A DNA stretch of 42,538 nucleotides, from positions 1 to 42,538 of the forward strand of contig JBPOGF010000026.1 of assembly GCA_051251915.1 (NCBI GenBank). Reading direction: 5' to 3'. Source of the DNA: Akkermansiaceae bacterium. GTDB lineage: Bacteria > Verrucomicrobiota > Verrucomicrobiia > Verrucomicrobiales > Akkermansiaceae. Below are positions 1 to 9,984 of this stretch, piece after piece (the first letter of the stretch is position 1; every line of letters begins with the position of its first letter). A model generated the notes under the pieces. That model was not told the origin of the DNA. It ran no database searches and saw only the letters and a list, made by a program, of their open reading frames with translations. The translations under genes and the position numbers were made by a program.

Positions 1-246
1 ACCCAACCAAGACACATATTTACAGAAATCCATCACCGAAATAACTACAGAAAATCTGCTTAAGTGAGTGCCATTCGTGGCTGTCCCTCCTACGAACGTA
101 CCGTCATGAACGGAGCCTGTTGTGCCGGTGTTTTCCAGTGTCTCACTGTCGAACGTCCATTCTGCGACCAGCGCGGCTTGGGCTGACATGCTCCCTGCAG
201 CTATGAGTGCAGCGGCAAGTATATATGATTTGGTTTTAATTTTCAT
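1..246 (-). CDS. Partial secreted protein (5' part), LamG/PEP-CTERM-like N-terminus; runs off the window edge
   Basis: Manual translation from ATG at 246: MKIKTKSYILAAALIAAGSMSAQAALVAEWTFDSETLENTGTTGSVHDGTFVGGTATNGTHL... Signal peptide (AQA|A) followed by an LVAEWTFD motif typical of LamG-fold starts. No stop before position 1, so it is absent from the ORF track. Confidence 0.7.
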   Translation of the reverse strand, partial: MKIKTKSYILAAALIAAGSMSAQAALVAEWTFDSETLENTGTTGSVHDGTFVGGTATNGTHLSRFSVVISVMDFCKYVSWLG

Positions 247-706
247 TTTATTTTTCGTATGACTATTTATTAGTTGAAATACGAGGTTAGTTTTATTGCC
301 TTACTTACACTTGAAATGAAGTAGAGCTATTCCTCGTAAAGATCAGAACACTCTTTATCGTCAAACCTTAACACCATGGTGCATTTTATATTAAACAAAA
401 GCCATTTCATCAATACGGTCTTAATTAGTTAGGCTGGAAGATTTATCCATAGTTATACGAAAGCCAGTTGGCGAACATCATCGATTGCTGGTTCCTGAAA
501 ATTCATTTTCCGTAGAACTGAGGTGATAAAGGGATCATAAAATTACAGTAATTCATCTTATTTGGGAGGATCTGCTCTTGATACCTCCTGATGGATCATT
601 GAAATACGCGTAGGGAGATTATCGTGAGAAGATTTAATGAGATAGATTATGTTAAATTAGTAGTTAAAACCTACGATGAAAAGATGAAAAATCGGATACC
701 GGAACG

Positions 707-740
707 AAAAAAACTCTCTGGGCGAGCCTGAGAGAGTTTT
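707..740 (-). terminator. Probable intrinsic terminator of the PEP-CTERM gene
   Basis: AAAACTCTCT...AGAGAGTTTT inverted repeat with A-run (U-tail on minus strand), 27 bp beyond the stop at 767. Confidence 0.75.
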
Positions 741-766
741 GAAAAGGTATTGAAGAGAGTTCGGAA

Positions 767-1666
767 TTACTTACGACGACGCAAGATAAGAGCTAGTCCT
801 CCCAGTCCGAGTAGAGCTGTAGAAGATGGCTCAGGAACGGCGGCAGCAGTCAGATTAATGTTATCAAGCGTTGTAGCGGTCACGCCAATATCTGAGCTAA
901 GATCATTGACTGCCACGAGTACAACGTAATCAAAATCTGCAATACTTGTGATGCTACCACTCAAGCCTGGCGAGTTTGCCGGCGATGCACCCGCAGCCTC
1001 ATCGGCATGCCAAGAATATGCCGAAAGATCAAAGGTGCCCGAATAACTGCCACTTGTACCCGCCGCAAATGTGAGGTCACTTGTGATGGATTGTGTCATG
1101 TCTGCACCTGTGAACAGGTTGATATCACCCTGTCGTAACTCTGCCTGAGTGTTATTCTGCAAGGCTCCGTTCGCGGTGCCGTTGTTCATCAACAGGGTAT
1201 TAGTTGGAGATTGGGCAGGGTCGGTAGTTAGGATATTTGCAGTGTAGCCGATCAGCGCAAATTTTAGAGTCGCTGTAGCACCGACTGTGTAGTCAAAAGA
1301 CAGAGTTAGGCTAGTTAAATCGGTAGCGTATCCACTTGTATCAATGACTTGAGATAGTGCGCCTTCAGTCGTTCCGCCCGTAAGTGAAGTGCCCGCATTT
1401 GAAAGCACCCCTCCGCCAATTTCCCAATCAGTTGTTGGGCTATTGTCCGTATAGAAGGTGCCATCGCTCTGATTGGTTCGAATGCGGGCATTGCCGCTAA
1501 GTGATCCAGATGAGAAGTCGGCATCGATTAGAGACACCGCGGCGTCCACTTGACTCGACGGCAGAAAAGAACTAGCCAAGATAAGGGCGACTGCCGCTGA
1601 ACTTGATCTAAGACCGGTTGAAGATCGAGAATCTGATAAGTTTTGATATTTGGATATATTTTTCAT
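767..1666 (-). CDS. PEP-CTERM sorting domain protein
   Basis: N-terminal signal peptide, S/T/G/D-rich body, C-terminal VPEPSSTALLGLGGLALILRRRK exosortase signal. Confidence 0.95.
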   Translation of the reverse strand: MKNISKYQNLSDSRSSTGLRSSSAAVALILASSFLPSSQVDAAVSLIDADFSSGSLSGNARIRTNQSDGTFYTDNSPTTDWEIGGGVLSNAGTSLTGGTTEGALSQVIDTSGYATDLTSLTLSFDYTVGATATLKFALIGYTANILTTDPAQSPTNTLLMNNGTANGALQNNTQAELRQGDINLFTGADMTQSITSDLTFAAGTSGSYSGTFDLSAYSWHADEAAGASPANSPGLSGSITSIADFDYVVLVAVNDLSSDIGVTATTLDNINLTAAAVPEPSSTALLGLGGLALILRRRK

Positions 1667-1909
1667 ATTATTGTCATAGTTAGGAGTTTGTGTTTTTGTG
1701 GCGTGTGTCTGAGGATGAGATTAGTATTTTCGATGGTAAGTTAGTGAAGAAGCAAGCCAAGTAATCAACATCATTTAAGAATTAGCCGCTATTTTCCCAC
1801 ATAGTAGCAATCCGGCAACCCCCAGATTTTAGGGGGGCGGGAAGGCGAGCTGTACCGGCTCCTCTAATGGACATCTCAGTTATTTCTGATACAAAAGAAA
1901 TTCTCGATT

Positions 1910-3829
1910 ATGAAAACCACTCTCAAAAAGATCTTATTTCTAACTCTCAGTATATCCTCTGTTACTTCAGCTGCGGTTAAACCAAACATCATTATCTTCT
2001 ATGTCGATGACCTCGGCTGGCAGGATGTGCAGCTCAATGATGTGGATAAACCTTGTCCTTACGAGACTCCGAACATCATCAAGCTGGCAGAGTCTGGCAT
2101 GAACTTTACCCAAGGCTATTCGTCATCTCCTGTATGTGCTCCGGCACGAGCTGGGATTATCACAGGTCAGCATCCTGCCCAGATAGCGATGACTAGTGTT
2201 AGCCTTGGAGTGATTAATCCTGGTAGGAAAAGTGAGTCTCATGTGCAGCCATATTTGCCAGACCCTCTAGACCTCAACCTGCTTACTCTTGCTGATGCCC
2301 TAAAAGCAAACGGCTATCGTACTGGTCATTCTGGTAAATGGCACGTTGGTTTGAATGCTGCTAGTTATGGATTTGATGTAGTGAACCAGGAACGTGGACC
2401 TCACAGAGGGATGGATGATCGAACAAAAGATTTCTCCACGGCAGATGATGCTAAATACCCGCTGACTAAGGAAAAGTATTTCCCTAAGAGTGAGAAAAAT
2501 CCTGAAGGTATCCCTTATCCTGTAGATGAAGTCACAGAGTCTGCTATCGACTTTATGGAGAAGAATAAAAGTGAGCCGTTCTTCCTCAACCTCTGTCACT
2601 GGATGGTTCACTGGCCAGTGCTCACCCGTAATGGTAAACTGCTAGAATACTACTGCGATAAATTGGGGCAGCCATTTCCTCCTAAACCAGGAGACATGAC
2701 ATTACCAGGTCAGCAAAATCCTTACTTTGCTTCTATGGTCACGACTGTTGACTGGAGTCTTGGCCGTGTGGTGGATTACCTCAAAACAACTGACGACCCT
2801 AGAAACCCGGGCAAGAAACTCATCGACACCACTTACATCATTTTCACCTCAGACAATGGCGGTGCAGAAATAAAGGGTAAGGAAGTCATCTCAGACAACG
2901 CACCGCTCAAGTATGGCAAGAAATACACAGAAGATGGTGGAGTCCGTGTGCCTACTGTTATTTCAGGACCTGGCATCAAGCATGGTAGCCAGTTCGATGG
3001 ACTCTTCGGTCAGCTCGACTGCTTCCCTACTATCCTAGCTCTCACAGGAACGAAGATCGACCCAGCAGATGAGGCAAAGCTCAGCGGTCTCGATATCTCA
3101 CCAGTGTTGAACGGTGAGTCAGATAAAATTGTTGATGCGAAAGGAGTAGAGCGTGATCACTTATTCTGGCACTTCCCTCACAATGGAATGAGCAATATGA
3201 AGACAGCTGTCCGTAGTGGTGACTACAAGCTTCATAAACGTAACGTTTCTGGTGAATACGAACTCTATCAGCTCACTAAAGATGGCAAACGCAATGACTA
3301 TGAAGAAGCAAATAACCTAGCAGGAAATCCTGAATACAGTGCTGTGCTTCAGAGTTTGACTAAAATGATGGAAGCTGACGTAGCTAAATACAAGGCAGAA
3401 GGACCCTACCTCAACCCTCAGTTTGCAGACAATAAAGCACCATCAGCAGTAATTACAAAATCTGAATACGATGCCGACAGCCGAGTAGCAACACTCACGC
3501 TCGATAGCTCAAAGCCAGCGATCAAAACTGCTTACGTCGTTTACCTACCTAAAGCTAAAGCTCAGAAGGTCAGACACCGTGATTATGTGAGCCAGCCTGA
3601 CGATGTTGAACTTCCAGGAATGCGTGATCTAGCAACAATAAGTGCAGACGGCCACACCGTTACTGCAACAATCCCTGCTGGGATTAGTAACCACTGTTTT
3701 ATCATTATCGATTCCAATGGCTACATGGCTTATAGCGAAGCAGCTACGCCATTGAACGCAGAAGGTGGTGAGGAAAAGGTTAAGAAGCCGAAAAAAGAGC
3801 GTAAGAAGAAAAAAGATCGCACGGAGTAA
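1910..3829 (+). CDS. Sulfatase (formylglycine-dependent S1 family) with C-terminal extension
   Basis: Signal peptide, KPNIIIFYVDDLG, CxPxR motif (CAPARAGIITG), GKWH, FTSDNGG; Lys-rich tail. Confidence 0.95.
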   Translation: MKTTLKKILFLTLSISSVTSAAVKPNIIIFYVDDLGWQDVQLNDVDKPCPYETPNIIKLAESGMNFTQGYSSSPVCAPARAGIITGQHPAQIAMTSVSLGVINPGRKSESHVQPYLPDPLDLNLLTLADALKANGYRTGHSGKWHVGLNAASYGFDVVNQERGPHRGMDDRTKDFSTADDAKYPLTKEKYFPKSEKNPEGIPYPVDEVTESAIDFMEKNKSEPFFLNLCHWMVHWPVLTRNGKLLEYYCDKLGQPFPPKPGDMTLPGQQNPYFASMVTTVDWSLGRVVDYLKTTDDPRNPGKKLIDTTYIIFTSDNGGAEIKGKEVISDNAPLKYGKKYTEDGGVRVPTVISGPGIKHGSQFDGLFGQLDCFPTILALTGTKIDPADEAKLSGLDISPVLNGESDKIVDAKGVERDHLFWHFPHNGMSNMKTAVRSGDYKLHKRNVSGEYELYQLTKDGKRNDYEEANNLAGNPEYSAVLQSLTKMMEADVAKYKAEGPYLNPQFADNKAPSAVITKSEYDADSRVATLTLDSSKPAIKTAYVVYLPKAKAQKVRHRDYVSQPDDVELPGMRDLATISADGHTVTATIPAGISNHCFIIIDSNGYMAYSEAATPLNAEGGEEKVKKPKKERKKKKDRTE

Positions 3830-3893
3830 GATAGAATAATTACAAAGAAATGATAAATCTTGAGTGTTCTACAGGTAAAAGATAAAACCAATT

Positions 3894-5363
3894 ATGAAGA
3901 AATTATTCACCTCATTCCTTTTAGCTGTAATTGCTCAACCACTCATCGCTGCGGAAAAGCCTAACATCGTGGTGTTTCTAGTGGATGACATGGGACTCAT
4001 GGACTCCTCGGTTCCTTTCTTGGCAGATGATGCTGGTAAGCCGGTGAAGCACCCGCTTAATGAGTGGTACCGCACTCCTCATATGGAAAAGCTCGCTTCA
4101 CAGGGGATCCGTTTTAGCCAATTCTATGCACAGTCCGTCTGCTCGCCTAGCCGAGCCTCTATCATGACTGGTCAGAATGCGACTCGCCATCACACGACCC
4201 AATGGATCAAACCTACTGAGAATAATCGAGGCACTAATGGCCCTAAAGAATGGAACTGGAAAGGCCTTGAGAAAGGGGACACCACTCTACCACTCTTGAT
4301 GCAGAACAATGGATATCGTACTATTTTCGTAGGAAAAGGTCACTTTGGTCCTAACGGATCAGAAGGGGCTGAGCCTCTAAATCTTGGGTTTGATGTGAAC
4401 ATTGCGGGTTGTGCCATTGGTAGGCCAACTACTTATACTGGTGACTACGGACAAGGGACTGTTCATGCTGTTCCTGGGCTGGAGAAATATCATAACACTG
4501 GAACATTTCTTACTGAAGCGATCACTCTAGAGGCGAATGCTGAGATTAAGAAATCTGTGGCAGAGAAGAAGCCCTTCTTTCTTTATATGTCACATTACGC
4601 CGTGCACGGGCCATTTACTGTAGATCCACGCTTTATCGATAACTACAAGGGCAAGGATAAACGAGCGAATGCTTATGCTGCTCTGGTAGAAGGTATGGAT
4701 AAATCTCTCGGAGATATTATGAAGACATTAGAAGAGCAAGGTGTGGCAGAGAACACGCTGATCTTATTTCTTGGTGATAATGGCTCAGATGCACCACTTG
4801 GGAAGGCAACAGGTCATACATCCTCAGCACCTCTCAGAGGGAAAAAAGCAACTTGTTACGAAGGAGGGATGCGTGCGCCATTTATGGTAGCCTGGGCAAA
4901 GCCTAACGCGGAATCATTAGCTCAGAAAGCTCTGCCGATTACGGCTAATGTGCTGAACCCACAGCTGGCAACAGTTATGGATGTTTTTCCTACGGTGTTA
5001 AACGTGGCTGGAATAGATGCGCCTAAAGAACATGTGGTGGATGGTCATGATCTTAAGCAAATGCTTAATGGAAAGAAGGATGAAACTCATCCAGGAACCT
5101 TCCTTATGCACTTCCCGCATCAGCACAGATCTAGCTACTTCACGAGCTACCGCAAGGGTGACTGGAAAATTATCTATCACTACTTTAATAACAAGCAGCG
5201 CTATGAGCTCTACAATCTGAAATCAGATCCATATGAGAACAAGAACTTGGCGAAATCAAATCCAGAGCAAGTCAAAACTCTGATGACTGCGATGAAAAAG
5301 CAGCTCACTGCAGAAGATGCGCAGTATCCAGAAAAAGATGGTAAGGCCGTGCTTCCGAAATAA
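3894..5363 (+). CDS. Sulfatase (S1 family)
   Basis: KPNIVVFLVDDMG, CSPSRASIMTG, GKGH, GDNG, YEGGMRAP, ELYNLKSDPYE motifs. Confidence 0.95.
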   Translation: MKKLFTSFLLAVIAQPLIAAEKPNIVVFLVDDMGLMDSSVPFLADDAGKPVKHPLNEWYRTPHMEKLASQGIRFSQFYAQSVCSPSRASIMTGQNATRHHTTQWIKPTENNRGTNGPKEWNWKGLEKGDTTLPLLMQNNGYRTIFVGKGHFGPNGSEGAEPLNLGFDVNIAGCAIGRPTTYTGDYGQGTVHAVPGLEKYHNTGTFLTEAITLEANAEIKKSVAEKKPFFLYMSHYAVHGPFTVDPRFIDNYKGKDKRANAYAALVEGMDKSLGDIMKTLEEQGVAENTLILFLGDNGSDAPLGKATGHTSSAPLRGKKATCYEGGMRAPFMVAWAKPNAESLAQKALPITANVLNPQLATVMDVFPTVLNVAGIDAPKEHVVDGHDLKQMLNGKKDETHPGTFLMHFPHQHRSSYFTSYRKGDWKIIYHYFNNKQRYELYNLKSDPYENKNLAKSNPEQVKTLMTAMKKQLTAEDAQYPEKDGKAVLPK

Positions 5364-5398
5364 AGAAAGTGACTATCACTCCCGCTGCATTTGTTATG

Positions 5399-5447
5399 TA
5401 AAAAACTTACCTCTAGCTTCTCTTTATTACTAGGGGGTAGTTTTTTA
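5399..5447. terminator. Likely bidirectional intrinsic terminator between convergent sulfatases
   Basis: TAAAAAACTTACCTCTAG...CTAGGGGGTAGTTTTTTA imperfect inverted repeat with A-run and T-run flanks. Confidence 0.65.
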
Positions 5448-5528
5448 CGTGGTGCTCCTGCGTTGGGGAGGTTGGAGAGGGGAGAAGTGTATGGTTAAAG
5501 TAGCTGAACGACGAGAAATCGCGTATAC

Positions 5529-7382
5529 TTATCTAAGATACTTGAGACGTTCTTTGATCAACCCGGAATTTACCTTTAGCTTTGTTTTGTCGAACTGGAA
5601 TTTGAACTTTACGCGATCCATTTCGTAGATCATCGCCGCAGAGTTGAGAATGAGGTTGAGCTCTACTTTATCTTGGCTTGTATAGCTGGCTTGTTCGATC
5701 ACTTGCACAGCGCTAGCGTCACCAATGTGCGCTAAATACTCTGCTAGTCTTGTTTTCACGAGCAGATGTTGTTCATTCTTTAATTGTTCTCTAACAGCTA
5801 GCGTGAAATCGTCTGATTGTTTATTAATTTGAGCGAAATAAGTAGCTGTAATGCTTGCCCAATATCGGGTTAGATCATCCTCACTTTTTAATCCTTCTAG
5901 AAGCTTTGGCTTTGCTGTTTCAAATGACTCTAGCTGAAGATCAGCGAGATCGATCAAGCTTGAGATATACTCATGCTTTGATTTGCCCATTTCAATAGGA
6001 TGATTAAGGTAGGAATCGATCAAGATGTTCTCTGGTATGAAGCTTAGATCATTTTTCTTCTTAAGATAGGCGGTGAGTTCACTACGCATTTCCCTTACTT
6101 TCGTTTTATAGTTTGGGTCATCCGCGAGGTTGGTTAATTCGTAGGGATCTGCCTCTAGATCATAGATGGCCTCTGGCGATTTTTTCATGAAGAAAGATTT
6201 CTGGGTATCATTCAGTTTCCCGGCTTGGTAGAGCTTTCTAAGCTCTTTATATGCGAGACTGTTATAACGATAGAAACTATGCAATGCATCTTGATTGAAT
6301 GGTTGGTAATTGCGCATGTATTTGAATTTTCCATGGCGCAGTGTTCTCACTAGATCATACTTTTCATCGAAGCGGTCTGCATAGCCAAACTGTGGACGGT
6401 CTTTGATGGACTCAGCAGTGACATCTTTACCAAGGAATGGGGAACCATCGAATCCCTTTGCTAGTGGTATGCCTGCGGCGTGAATCAGTGATGGACCGAA
6501 GTCATAGAAATTCACAGGAGATGGAGTGCGGGACCCTTTCTCAAAAGGGATTAAATGTTTCCATTTCTCAGGAACTCGGATCACTAGTGGAGCATGCAGA
6601 CCAGTCTCATAGGCGTAACCTTTGCTCCTGGGAAGGATGCCTCCGTGATCGCCAAAGTAGAAGATGATGGTGTTCTCGTAGACGCCATCTGCTTTCAGAT
6701 TAGCGATGATTTCACCCACTTCACGATCCATTTTCTGAATTCTATCTTGGTAGTGAGCATAGCTATAGCGGAAGATTTTGGTGTCTGGGTGGTGTGGTGG
6801 GAGGTTGATGGTTTTTACTAGATCGTTGAGTGGATTGGTCTCCAGTGATTCCATTTTAAAATGTCCGCTTGATTCGTGGCATACTTTTAGTGATGAGTAG
6901 TTGAGGAAAAATGGTTGGGCTGCCTTCATCGACTTTAGCTTTTTAGTAGAGCTCCAGACCTGTTTCATATCGACCTTCACATTGTAGTCAGTTTTGCCGA
7001 GGTTCACTGTGGTATAGCCTGCATCTTTTAGGTATTGTGGGAATGGATTGAGCTCTTTTGGCATCGATGTCAGAGCCTGCTTGCGATGATACTGTGCACC
7101 AATGCGCGGAGCATAACAGCCAGTTAGCAATGTTGAGCGAGCCACTGAGCAGACAGCACCATTGGAGCAGGCGTTATCAAAGATCACTCCGTCTTGAGCC
7201 AGCGCTTCGATGTTCGGCGTAGCTACACCATCTTTATCAAAGAGCTTCAAATGGTGCTTGGAGTTATCCTCAGAAATAATCCAGACAAAGTTAGGCTGCT
7301 CCTGCGGCTCGTTTCCCTGAGCTTGTAGGTTGGGGATCAGTGTTGTGACTGCTAGTAGTATGAGTGAAAGTTGTTTTTTCAT
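5529..7382 (-). CDS. Sulfatase (S1 family) with helical (HEAT-like) C-terminal domain
   Basis: PNFVWIISED, CSVARSTLLTG, GKTD, FGDHGG, YDLEADPYE. Start more likely ATG at 7382 (MKKQLSLILL signal peptide) than 7403. Confidence 0.92.
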   Translation of the reverse strand: MKKQLSLILLAVTTLIPNLQAQGNEPQEQPNFVWIISEDNSKHHLKLFDKDGVATPNIEALAQDGVIFDNACSNGAVCSVARSTLLTGCYAPRIGAQYHRKQALTSMPKELNPFPQYLKDAGYTTVNLGKTDYNVKVDMKQVWSSTKKLKSMKAAQPFFLNYSSLKVCHESSGHFKMESLETNPLNDLVKTINLPPHHPDTKIFRYSYAHYQDRIQKMDREVGEIIANLKADGVYENTIIFYFGDHGGILPRSKGYAYETGLHAPLVIRVPEKWKHLIPFEKGSRTPSPVNFYDFGPSLIHAAGIPLAKGFDGSPFLGKDVTAESIKDRPQFGYADRFDEKYDLVRTLRHGKFKYMRNYQPFNQDALHSFYRYNSLAYKELRKLYQAGKLNDTQKSFFMKKSPEAIYDLEADPYELTNLADDPNYKTKVREMRSELTAYLKKKNDLSFIPENILIDSYLNHPIEMGKSKHEYISSLIDLADLQLESFETAKPKLLEGLKSEDDLTRYWASITATYFAQINKQSDDFTLAVREQLKNEQHLLVKTRLAEYLAHIGDASAVQVIEQASYTSQDKVELNLILNSAAMIYEMDRVKFKFQFDKTKLKVNSGLIKERLKYLR

Positions 7383-7710
7383 AAATGTCGTGCTCGGTAG
7401 CATTTGGGTGTTTTATCTAAACACACCATTAACCCCACATTACCAATGTCATGTATTATCTCGGTGTGTTTGACTTTGTAGATCTCTTTTATGGTTTTTG
7501 CAAGGGATTTGCTTTTAGTGCGGTGCCCCTGAAAATGGGAGCGGGGGGCAGCATAGTTCAGGAATGGACTAGCGCTTTAGTTCTGTGGAAGAGATCAGGC
7601 GTGGGTGGAGATTTTTGTCTGCATGCTCTTTCAAGGTAGAGGTCAACTGACTAGATTGGGGCTAGTCGGTCAAATAGAAATAATAAATCATACAGACTAT
7701 TCAAACGGTT

Positions 7711-8640
7711 TTAGATAGTATCGACGGTTCGCTCCAAAGTTAAGACTTCGCTCTTATTGAGCTTTAGCTTTAGTTTTATGGTCACTTTCTTTTCTGGCTT
7801 GATCGGCTTAGCTGGATCAAACATCCAGAGGACGCGAGGCATCTTGCCTTGTTCATAGATACCGTCCGACCAGCTATTTGGGGCGACCTGCCAGCTCTGT
7901 GGAGACTTCGAACGGTTGCTTGGCTGGCAGTGCTGGGTCACGCTCTCTTGCTCGATTGTTACTTCGATTATTTCTATTGAGACCCTATCAGAGCTTGTAT
8001 TAAAAACTCTGATGCCGTGGATAGAAAATGCTGAAGCTCGGGGACTTACTTTTGATCTTACGTAAATTTTGCCAAGCGATATCGCTATCCTGTCTTTTAC
8101 TAGATCTGGGTTGAGAGCTTCCAGATAGTTTTCGGCTGCTGTCGCATCAAACTGACTAGCCTTGGCGGCTGTGACGATGGATTCAGCGGTGGCTGGCTGG
8201 CATGCTTCAACATGAGCCAGTAGGCGCTCGCTCATATTAATGCCATCGTGCCCCACTCTTTTTCTTTCGAAGCGAACGGTCATCACCACAGGGAGTGAGT
8301 GGCCGTTGGCTAGGATTTTCAATAGGTTCTTCTCTAACTTGTCGTCGGTAAAGCTTGAGAATTTCAGCTCATCGCCATTGAAGCAATGGAACTGCACCAC
8401 ATCCTGATAGGGAGGGGTGGCTCTGGTTCCTAAGAAGCGGCGTTGAATGTTCAAGCGGCCGACGAGTTGGTATTGATCATTCTCTATTTCTTGCAAATCA
8501 AAGTGCGCTGACTGTGGAATCTTATGCAATACCTCCATGGCCGGCTTTACTTCTACTAGTTCTTGGGCAATGGCACTAGCTCCCAACATACTCGCTAGGA
8601 GTAGCGATATTGTTGGTAGTACTTTCTTTGTAAGTTTCAT
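7711..8640 (-). CDS. Hypothetical secreted protein
   Basis: 309-aa ORF with signal peptide (ASAIA|QE); no family recognised. Confidence 0.75.
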   Translation of the reverse strand: MKLTKKVLPTISLLLASMLGASAIAQELVEVKPAMEVLHKIPQSAHFDLQEIENDQYQLVGRLNIQRRFLGTRATPPYQDVVQFHCFNGDELKFSSFTDDKLEKNLLKILANGHSLPVVMTVRFERKRVGHDGINMSERLLAHVEACQPATAESIVTAAKASQFDATAAENYLEALNPDLVKDRIAISLGKIYVRSKVSPRASAFSIHGIRVFNTSSDRVSIEIIEVTIEQESVTQHCQPSNRSKSPQSWQVAPNSWSDGIYEQGKMPRVLWMFDPAKPIKPEKKVTIKLKLKLNKSEVLTLERTVDTI

Positions 8641-8688
8641 GCTTCCATTGTTGAGAGATGAGTGAGGAGAGCTATTTTTCTCTCACTG

Positions 8689-9924
8689 TTATTTAGCCTT
8701 CGCAGCGGCTTCTCTTGCTTCACGCTGCCATTGTGACAGATCGGATATTTCTGGCATGTTGCCTTCATTTACGGATTTGGCGAAGCGGGCGTATGGTTGC
8801 ACACGGGAGTCCTCACCCTTGGAAAATGCTTTGGCAGCTGCTACACACTTTTCGGCTGTGGTGACGGCGCTTTGCTTATCGTTCAGATTCCATTGAAGTA
8901 TGCTTAGGCTTGCGAAGTGGTTGGGGCCGATCGGCGACTCATTGTTCAGGACGTAGTCTGAGTATTGCTTGACAAAGGCTTTCATGAATTCCTCTGAGAA
9001 ACCGTAGTTATTCATTCTAGCTGTCTGCATCCCAGTCAGCGATATGAAAGAGCTTTTATATTCACTGGTAGGCATTTCGTTGAGGGTGGTCACAGCCTCT
9101 GGCCATTGCTTGCTGACGATCAAAATCCAAAGTTTTAGGGTGGGGATGGCAGGATGGTCTGGATCCAGATCGTTTAGCTCCTTGAGTAGCTCTGTCATTT
9201 TAGCTGCGTCTTTCTTCAAGCGTGCGGCATAGCTAGCGCGCTCTACTTCCTCTGCTTTACCTTGGTTATTCTGAGCGGATAGAATGGTGTCGGAAGCTTT
9301 CTTCGCTCCTTCATCGCCAGCTAGTAGGCTCTCGATCAGGGAGTCTGTGAGTCGTGATGCTTGGGTGGATGCTAGTAGTTTGCCGTTTTTTACGATAAAT
9401 GCATGCGGGATGGATGTCGCTCCTGCGGCTTTCAGCCATTCAGTCTCGAAGGCTGAGGCATTGCCGGTGAAGGCTACTGGGTAGGACATTTTATCGCCTT
9501 TCTTTTTGACGAATTGAATGACCTTATCTTTCTCATTTTCCCAGACACTGAGTCCGTAGACTCGCAAGCCTTTGTCGTAATATTTCTTATGCAGTTCGTT
9601 CACATGGGGAATCATGGCGATGCAGGGACCACACCATGTCGCCCAGCACTCAAAAATGTAGACTTTGTCCGGTTCAAATGCCTTAGGTCCTTCTCCCTGG
9701 ATCCATGTTGCATTTGTGATGGAGGAAATATTTACATCTGAACCCGCTACCACGGTAGGTTTCGCCGCAGGTTGCTGAGCCATGGCGGGTGACGTAGACA
9801 GCACCACTGAGGTAAGAACAAGCTTCAGGCTGATTAGTCTGGGTCGTATTTTATACTTGTCCGATACGAGTTGAGAGAAAGATGAGGTTAGTGTAGAGGG
9901 CTTGAGATTGTTAAATATGGTCAT
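8689..9924 (-). CDS. TlpA-like thioredoxin/redoxin with helical C-terminal region
   Basis: WATWCGPC active site, SIPHAFIV cis-Pro motif, signal peptide. True start may lie downstream of 9924. Confidence 0.88.
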   Translation of the reverse strand: MTIFNNLKPSTLTSSFSQLVSDKYKIRPRLISLKLVLTSVVLSTSPAMAQQPAAKPTVVAGSDVNISSITNATWIQGEGPKAFEPDKVYIFECWATWCGPCIAMIPHVNELHKKYYDKGLRVYGLSVWENEKDKVIQFVKKKGDKMSYPVAFTGNASAFETEWLKAAGATSIPHAFIVKNGKLLASTQASRLTDSLIESLLAGDEGAKKASDTILSAQNNQGKAEEVERASYAARLKKDAAKMTELLKELNDLDPDHPAIPTLKLWILIVSKQWPEAVTTLNEMPTSEYKSSFISLTGMQTARMNNYGFSEEFMKAFVKQYSDYVLNNESPIGPNHFASLSILQWNLNDKQSAVTTAEKCVAAAKAFSKGEDSRVQPYARFAKSVNEGNMPEISDLSQWQREAREAAAKAK

Positions 9925-9984
9925 GATGATTTGTATGAGTATGGTTAGTAAGAGTTACTGTAACTGTGTGTTTTTGAGTTGTCT

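Noticed and set aside
7451..7639. 62-aa ORF (and the 71-aa ORF at 26170-26385)
   Set aside because: Short, no recognisable motifs, located in probable promoter/intergenic regions.
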